A stretch of 64,000 bases of DNA, from assembly GCF_964355755.1 (NCBI RefSeq), contig NC_092673.1:1488001-1552000 (forward strand), given 5' to 3'. The stretch comes from Antedon mediterranea. Taxonomy: Eukaryota; Animalia; Echinodermata. A program made the translations under genes and the position numbers. Below are positions 56,563 to 64,000 of the stretch, one piece after another (the stretch's first letter is position 1; each line of letters opens with the position of its first letter). The notes beneath the pieces were generated by a model. That model saw nothing but the letters and a program-made list of their open reading frames with translations. It was not told the DNA's origin and ran no database searches.

Positions 56563-59500
56563 TAAGTTGATTATGCCTACTGTGATATACATCCAGTTAA
56601 CTTTGGCTTTGAATGATTTATACTTAGCTTTTGTTTTCGTGATGCGGCACTCGGCTACGTAGCTGTCATGTAAAAATGTAGACTATTTTGTGCCTAGCTT
56701 ACCTGGATAAACCGACAAATGCCGTATTCTTCTTGAAGAGCGAGATATACTCAAAATGTAGAAAATTCATTGAACACCCCTTTCCATAAATGGTACAGTC
56801 TAATGGACTGGTTTCTTTTCTCTATCAGAGTTATAAATACAGTCAATCTTGCTGTTTAACTGTGTTCAACTAACTGTAAGGCGGTCAAACGTTATGAATA
56901 TACCTATGAAACCTAGTTAATATTGCATGTACATTACATCTAAGTTAACAACACATAGGTGTAACATTGTTACTGCTTTTAACTCCATTTTATGCAAGTT
57001 TTACTGTAGTGTGTGTACATCTAGAGAGGGAAGGCATTGTAGAGGTTGTGTTTTCATTAATTTTGAATAGAATATTTAATTTTTGTATCCATGGATGACA
57101 AATTGTCAGCAACTGTTAATGCCATACAACATCTGTCTTAGACAACACATAAACAGATGAAATTTACTCCTGTTTTATAGAGATATCTAAGAATTATTCT
57201 GTGATATAGAAAAGAAACTTTGATATATCCTAGCAAATGCTAACCTAGTTCTAAAATTGTTGTTCTTGATTAATTTTTCCTTTTCTATTTTATACATGTT
57301 ATAAATTTACTTTTTATTGTGTCACCTTCTTGTTGAAATGTTGATACAGAACATAATAATACTGAAAAAAATTGATGAATTATAATAATTTTTCGTAATG
57401 GATTTTTAACTATAAATCATGAAATCCTGTATTTTATTAAAAGCAAAATGTAAAAAACATTTTTAATCCTAGATAATACTGTGTTCAGCATTAAATTTTG
57501 TTGTTTCAGTGTTAAGCTTAGTATTACACAAGTTTTCTAAGACTGTCTGCAGGCTTGGTAGGACACTATATCGCATGCGGTTTATAAGCCTACCTTTAGG
57601 CTTTTCCTGATGTCTGTTGCCTCAACTAAACTGATAAAACACAGCCTAGCTCTGTTAGCATTTCCTTATAGTCAAGAGTCTATTCCGTGACTCATAGGAC
57701 AAAGCCCTATTGACCCGTCCATTTCTAAGGCCTCTAAATTTATATACAGCTCTTGAGAGACTTTCTATTAATGTTGAAAGAGACTATCAGTATAATTGTT
57801 TTCTTTAAAAAAAGTCTACTTTAGCATTAAAATTATCAATTATACTACATTCATTTATATTTTTATATATTTTAATACAATTTGGTATCATTTTATAAAT
57901 AACTGATGTATATTTTCTAGTAAAGTTTTTTTTCCATTTTTAACTTGTGTAGTGTACAAACAATACCAAAAGTACAACTACAATAACATACATACTTTTC
58001 TTAGCATTAAATATCTATCTATCTTTACCCCAAAACGTCCTCAAAGTTCTCTGAAAATATTATCTTCATTTTATATCAAATAACCAATATAAAATCTGCT
58101 TAACTACTATCAAATTGAGAGAATGTGGAAATAATATTATAAGTATAGTTACAATTACATGAACTCTGTTCTACGTTACATCAATGTTGAACGCATACGA
58201 TATGTCTTACATATTATGCATTAAATATATTCTACCAAAACCACAATTTTTTACTATTTACTTAAACTAAAGAATGAACTATGTGGAAAGCATTTTGTGA
58301 ACTTGTTTTCAACTGGCCTTGTTCTGATAGTACAGCCATACAATTAGCATATCATAGCCCCGCAGCCAATAACATGATAGCAGCCTAGGATGTTGGCATT
58401 ATCAACAAATGTAAAGCATTTCTTCAGTCAAATTTACTTTGTTAAATAAAAGCTACTGTAGACCATGTTAGAAAGTTAAAACACTGATTAAGAGAATTTG
58501 TAAACTAAAAACAAAGTTTATATTTTGTTGATATTATATGGAATAGAATAGAAAAGGCAGCCAGTTTATTTAGGCTAAGTACATTGTACTTTGTACATGA
58601 CATAATGTGTGATAAAAAGTATAAAATATGTCTACAGGTTTACAAGGTATAGTAGTAGTAAGGTATTAATATGACTCTTTCTTTAAATCTGTTAGCTCTC
58701 AACAGGTGAACACATTTCAACAAGAGATAATAACATTAAATGCTTAAAAAACATTAGTCATATTCTGGCAGGCATGGTTACATTAAAATCACCTGGGGAA
58801 GTTTGAAACATGTAATGAAAATGTGATACCTCTACACAAAACTTGTTGTTCCATTTTAATAATACACAAACAGAGATTTGAAAAATTATTTATGAAAATA
58901 GTAAATATTATTATAGATTCAGTAACGTTTATTTTGTTTGTATGGGATGTGTTTTGTAGGGTTGTGGAGCATATTAATTATTTTAAACCAAAATAATCTT
59001 TTTCTCCAAAATAAGTAGTTAATAAGAAACTTGATTCAATCGCTTTTATGTTGGTTTAATAAGGTTTGCTGTGTTTTTTGTTGGTTTTTTTTTTTGGGGT
59101 GGGTTAGTATCTTACTTTTTAATTAAGTACCATCTTACAGTACGAAAAATAAACAAGGACAATCAGAAACTAAAGTGGCTAGTGGCTTTCCATTTCTTTA
59201 TCGCAATTAAGTTAATTAATTGAGGTTAACAATGAGAAAAATGTTCCACATTCATCATTGATCATTTTATTCTGAGTTCATGCAGTTTACTATTTCAGAC
59301 TTCACTATTTTTCTTTCATTTTTATCAGTTTATTTACTGACCTAACATTTTATCTTCTGACTCATTCTGTAACTTTCTGGCATTTATTATCTAAGTTTAG
59401 TTTGCTCTCGGCGGAAATTCATTTACCAACTCACGAACCTATTTCTTTTGTATTATTTCCAACAGGTTCATTTTACCTATTCATCTTGTGTTGCATTTAA

Positions 59501-59575
59501 TTTAAAAGTTATTTTTTTTACCTAATTTCATAGGAAAAATCTTTTTTTTTACCAATTGCAACTTTAATATGCTTA

Positions 59576-59730
59576 AGCTCTGTCTACATTATCAAACTTT
59601 ATGTGACAAAAAATGTAATATGCTTATATATGGACATGATGATGTCATATCTCTACCATATTTGGGCATATCACTACCATATTTGGGCACATCACACTTT
59701 TTTTGTCAAACTAGTTTGATAGTGTAGACA
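59576..59730. mobile_element. Harbinger-like MITE family A
   Basis: TTA|AGCTCTGTCTACATTATCAAAC...GTTTGATAGTGTAGACA. Confidence 0.8.
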
Positions 59731-61043
59731 ACAAAATGTTTGTGTTCAAAATTATCATGGGATGTTTTTTCAACTCTGAAATGCTACCTTCTGTAATGAA
59801 ACTATACTGTACAATGAATCATTTCCAATGATCTATCAGTATTTTAAATTTATTTAAAATACAAGGCTGTCCAATCAGATGTTTGTATTAAACACACTGA
59901 TTTAGCCACAGGCATACTACGGTACTGTATTCCTACTTTATGACCTCGGTTGCAGTTTACCTACAAGCCTTTATTCGTAAGAAAGGGAAATACGGTCTGG
60001 ATGAAAAGGCGGCTCCGTACAGTCTATAGTCGTAGTGTCGTAGCCACTAGGCATGTTATCTTAAATGGGAGAAAGACTCTGAGATTGAGAAATTACACTT
60101 AAGTTGAAGTAAAATCAACTTTGTTTGCTTCGTTGCACTGCCTTCTCACTGTTGTGTAGTCTGTATGGATTCAAACGGCTTCTTACATATTCATACAATG
60201 TATATACAACTTTAGAAGAAATTCAGATTATGTTATACAACATTACTACATATGCGTATTGGATTTGGCACTTTGACTTTATAAAGACACATACTAAAAA
60301 ATTACAATATCTAAAACTCTCAATTTGAAATGAAATTAATTTTCAATTTATTAAATATCAATAATACAAAATTTACAATTTTGCCAAATAGTTTTAACAT
60401 TAACTTTAAGTATAATCTTTTTAAATTTTTTTAAAATCAATAATGTTTTGAATTGTTCAAAAGTATTTCAAACCTCTTTAAAACATAGTTATCAAATCTG
60501 TTTATAAACCGTGGTCCAAGTTTGAATGAATAATCACATAATGCTCTTTATCCATATATTTATAAGCCGCAAGAGTAATGGGATTTACAGTACGTCACAA
60601 TATATACTGTATATTGTTTTTTGTTTTGTTTAGCTTAAACACCACTTTTATTCACATTTATCTCATCATGTCATAATATTATTCCTTTATTATAAGTATT
60701 TTTTTATAGAACAATATGCCAAAAATTTTTGTCAAACAATAGTGCACTACTATTTGTTGTGGTTTTTTTGGTAATTGGGTATAAACAAATTTTCATTTTA
60801 CTGATTAAAATTAATGAAGCAAGTACATTCAGAGTTTAGTAGCTTTGTTTAATGTGCTATGTTCTTGAGGGCTTACATTGAATAATGACTCTTGACTTCA
60901 CATATGCTAATGTAATAGCTAGAACATTATTGAATTATTTTGCGATAGTGAACTTACTATTGGATAGGCATTGAATGGAGGATTATTAGTGTCTGAAACT
61001 CAAGGAAACACTTAGAATTAAGTAGCACATCATTATCATGAGA

Positions 61044-61455
61044 TTTAAAGGGACAGTCACCTCAAGGAAACTGTGACAAAAATCATTGATATTACTGTAT
61101 TTCAGAAGCCCAATTTAAAGGGACTGTGACAAAATAATATGTACTAGTGCTTGCACGGAATATTTTCCCTTTTAACATTTTAAACGATGAAATACAAACT
61201 GTGAAAAATCATTGATATTACTGTGTTTCAGAATCCCAATTTAAAGAGACTGTGACAAAATAAGCTGTAATAATGCAGTGCTTGCACGGAATAATTCCTC
61301 TTTTAACATTTTAAACGATGAAATGCAAACTGGGACAAAAATCATAAAAACTATTTCTTAAGTCTAACTTAAATGCACTGTGACAAACAATCTGCCCTAT
61401 ATGCTGGTGCTTGCATGGAATAAGAAAGAAGTTGGTATAATTTAAAGGGACAGTA
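61044..61455. repeat. Degenerate tandem repeat of about 128 bp (x3) containing TTAAAGGGAC motifs
   Basis: ACTGTGACAAAAATCA...TTTAAAGGGACTGTGACAAA...GTGCTTGCACGGAATA is repeated three times. Confidence 0.7.
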
Positions 61456-62554
61456 GGCCTATAGAAACCTCACCCTGAGTCCTAAAGGAAATGGAACAAG
61501 TGTACCATTAAGAAAATATGATATTGCAAAGATACTGGATATAGATTAATGTAGTAGTGCTGAGAAAGCAAACATCAATGTTACAGTAGGCCTATTGATT
61601 TATTATTTATCATAAGTTAGTGTTTTATCAGAAATATATAACATTTAGTATACTGCCCTCTTGTGTTGAACACATTAATTATTATTTTTTTTGTAAGGAG
61701 TGACAATTAGAACAGAAAATTGAAAACCAGCAAAAATATATTCTGCATAAGCCAAACGACTATAAGTGTATTAACATTAACTGTTGCTCGTCGCGGCTCT
61801 ACCATCGTTTTCAACATGCCAATATTTGTACAATATTACTTGGGAGCTATTTGTTGAATTTACTATGGAAACCATTGATCAAAGATATCAATAACTGCAA
61901 ATTATTCATTGTTCTTTCTTCTTTGTCGGAGACTGATATTTATTCTGGATTTGACTCTTTGTTGTGCTTTATCATAAAATAGATTTCAATATATTAATTG
62001 TAGAAAAGATTTAACTGATAACAATAACATAAGTTGTATTGTGAATAATAACTTAAAATAATATTTCCATTAACTCTTTTTGTGTTGCTGCTTAAATTTA
62101 AGTTCATTTTAATAATTATTGTTTCCATAACCAATACTATAATTAACTAATATATAATGTTGTCATCAAGCATTTACAATACAATTAACATTTTATTATA
62201 TTGCATTTAGTTTTAACAATTTGTTTCATGTCTTCTCAATTTTTAAGAAACATGACTATACTATTATTTCCTATTTTATTCTTGTCCCAAAAATAGTCAC
62301 ATTCAGTTTAAAGAATCGCTTAATTTTCCATCAAAATGACATGATCGCGGTCATTAAGTGTTCTTAAAGGAGGATAGACTAAAAGCTAATCATCAAACAA
62401 ATTTGTTTAAATTCTGGAATATGAAACTAAAAACAGTTTGTTTTATTTGGCCTGAGTCACAAGAGATATTTCAGTAGATATTAAACAATGTTCTAAACAT
62501 GGTTTATTGCAAAATGTACTGGTTGCAAGTAAAAACATGATTCATCAACTTGGA

Positions 62555-62845
62555 CTACCTGTAGTGCAGCAGGAGTCGACTGTCAGATCTGTGTAGCAAG
62601 ACGAATGGAAACAAGTGGTTTGTGTAGACGGACGAGAGATGCCAGCCAATGCGTGGGCTTGCTTGTGTGTAGGCCTGCTTAGTAATCGCACTTAGAATTC
62701 GGGCTAAGATACCACATGGGTACCCTGCTGGTGGGAGTTTGTCTCTCCAAATTGCTAAGCTGGTTCAGTGTAGTTTGCATAACACACTCTGTAAGCGTTG
62801 GTGACCTCTAGGTCAGCTTGTTACTATGCGAATATAATATGATTA
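62555..62845 (+). mobile_element. Possible old SINE remnant with an L2-like tail
   Basis: An island of about 290 bp, GC-rich relative to its flanks, ending CTGTAAGCGTTGGTGACC...TATGCGAATATAA, which resembles TGTAAAGCG...GCGCTATATAA tails. Pol III boxes are not clear. Confidence 0.4.
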
Positions 62846-64000
62846 GGAATCCAAAATGGCAACTTTCTATTTAACTTTGTTTCGCTTTGACTTTTTTAAA
62901 TCGATAAAACAGAAAAATTTCATTCTTACTGATGCTTAAGTATTTCAAGAAATTGAAATGTAATCCAAGTTTGATTGTTTAATTAAAGAGATTTGGATCA
63001 AAGAACTATGAATTCAATTAAAGCCAAATTGTTTACTAATTAATCAAGGATAAGCTTATTTTAAAAATTATTTTAGTGTTTTTTCTTTTTCACTAATTTA
63101 AAATTGTTCCATGATGGTTCCAAAACGTCTTGTTTTTTTACTGTAATTTTTATTTTAAAGTTTATGATAATATAGTAAACGTTTAATTTGTTTTAAAAAA
63201 TTGAATAACAAATCTCCAAATGGGATTACTGGGTCATATACAGTAATTATAACATCTTTTGAGCTTGTGAAAAAACAACGCATTCACATTCAATGTTTTA
63301 AACATTTTTTAAGAACCATGTTTTGTTTTGAAGGTGAGACAATGATGTTATTTAAATTCAAGGTGTAATTTTAGACCACTTTGTTTTTAATTTTCCCAAA
63401 GGTGTTTTTTCTTGTTATAATAGACTTCCTTTCTTCCGATGTCCTTGACCAATGTAAGCCAATCATTTTCTTGATTTAATCTGGCGCCCTCTAAGGAATG
63501 TTTACACAGCACTGTAATGAGATTCTCTTGCTTCATTATTGTGGAGTTGACCTGCCATTGTGTGCAGCCAATCAGAAAGCTCGATGGATATGCAAATAAG
63601 CTACGACTCTATAAATCAAAATAGGGATTATCTTAGGTTCAGATATGGAATAGTCGATTTATTTTAGGGGAATGTTTACATGTTTAGGGAATACTATTGC
63701 TTGCTTAAGAAATAGCTAGCTTTAATAAATATGATAATAAATAAAAACAGCATATTGGTATTTTATTTTAATTGTTTCTTTGATTTGATGAAAAAATTAT
63801 ATTTTTGGCATTAATATTTTTTCCCCTCATATTCTTACTAAAACATTTGTAATTCCAATTTCCATTTTTGTAAATTTCAGCCTTTTCAGCATTTTTTAGT
63901 ATATATAAACCTGAATAAATAAATGTTAAAAAAAATAAAGTTTTACAGCTTAAAATGAGTGTCTCCTTTAGTGGGTGATAGAGCATTGTATTGGTGAGTT

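Noticed and set aside
56700-56830. Minus-strand exon ending at the strong donor CAG|GTAAGC
   Set aside because: There is no convincing ORF, acceptor or partner exon. Isolated donor-like motifs are expected by chance.
1-64000. tRNA, rRNA or snRNA genes (e.g. tRNA-His next to THG1L)
   Set aside because: No cloverleaf or recognisable structural RNA was seen by eye. A tRNAscan-SE or Infernal run would be needed to exclude small snoRNAs and miRNAs.

Overview
AT-rich, intron-containing animal genomic DNA, inferred to be from a marine invertebrate, probably a deuterostome such as an echinoderm. From left to right it holds: (1) a near-intact CR1/L2-group LINE on the minus strand, whose ORF1 (PHD, coiled coil, SGNH esterase, two zinc knuckles) and ORF2 (APE endonuclease + RT) are in the same frame and separated by one TGA; (2) THG1L (tRNA-His guanylyltransferase, 6 coding exons, minus), head-to-head with (3) PRC1/MAP65 (14 coding exons, plus); (4) an intronless PNRC-family gene (minus); (5) the 5' part of an unidentified plus-strand gene with very long introns, running off the right end. 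Introns and intergenic DNA are packed with non-autonomous DNA transposons (Harbinger-, hAT-, MULE/Merlin-, CACTA-, Kolobok- and Helentron-like), often nested, plus several minisatellites. I found no CRISPR array, rRNA or tRNA gene. All calls were read by eye, without database searches.
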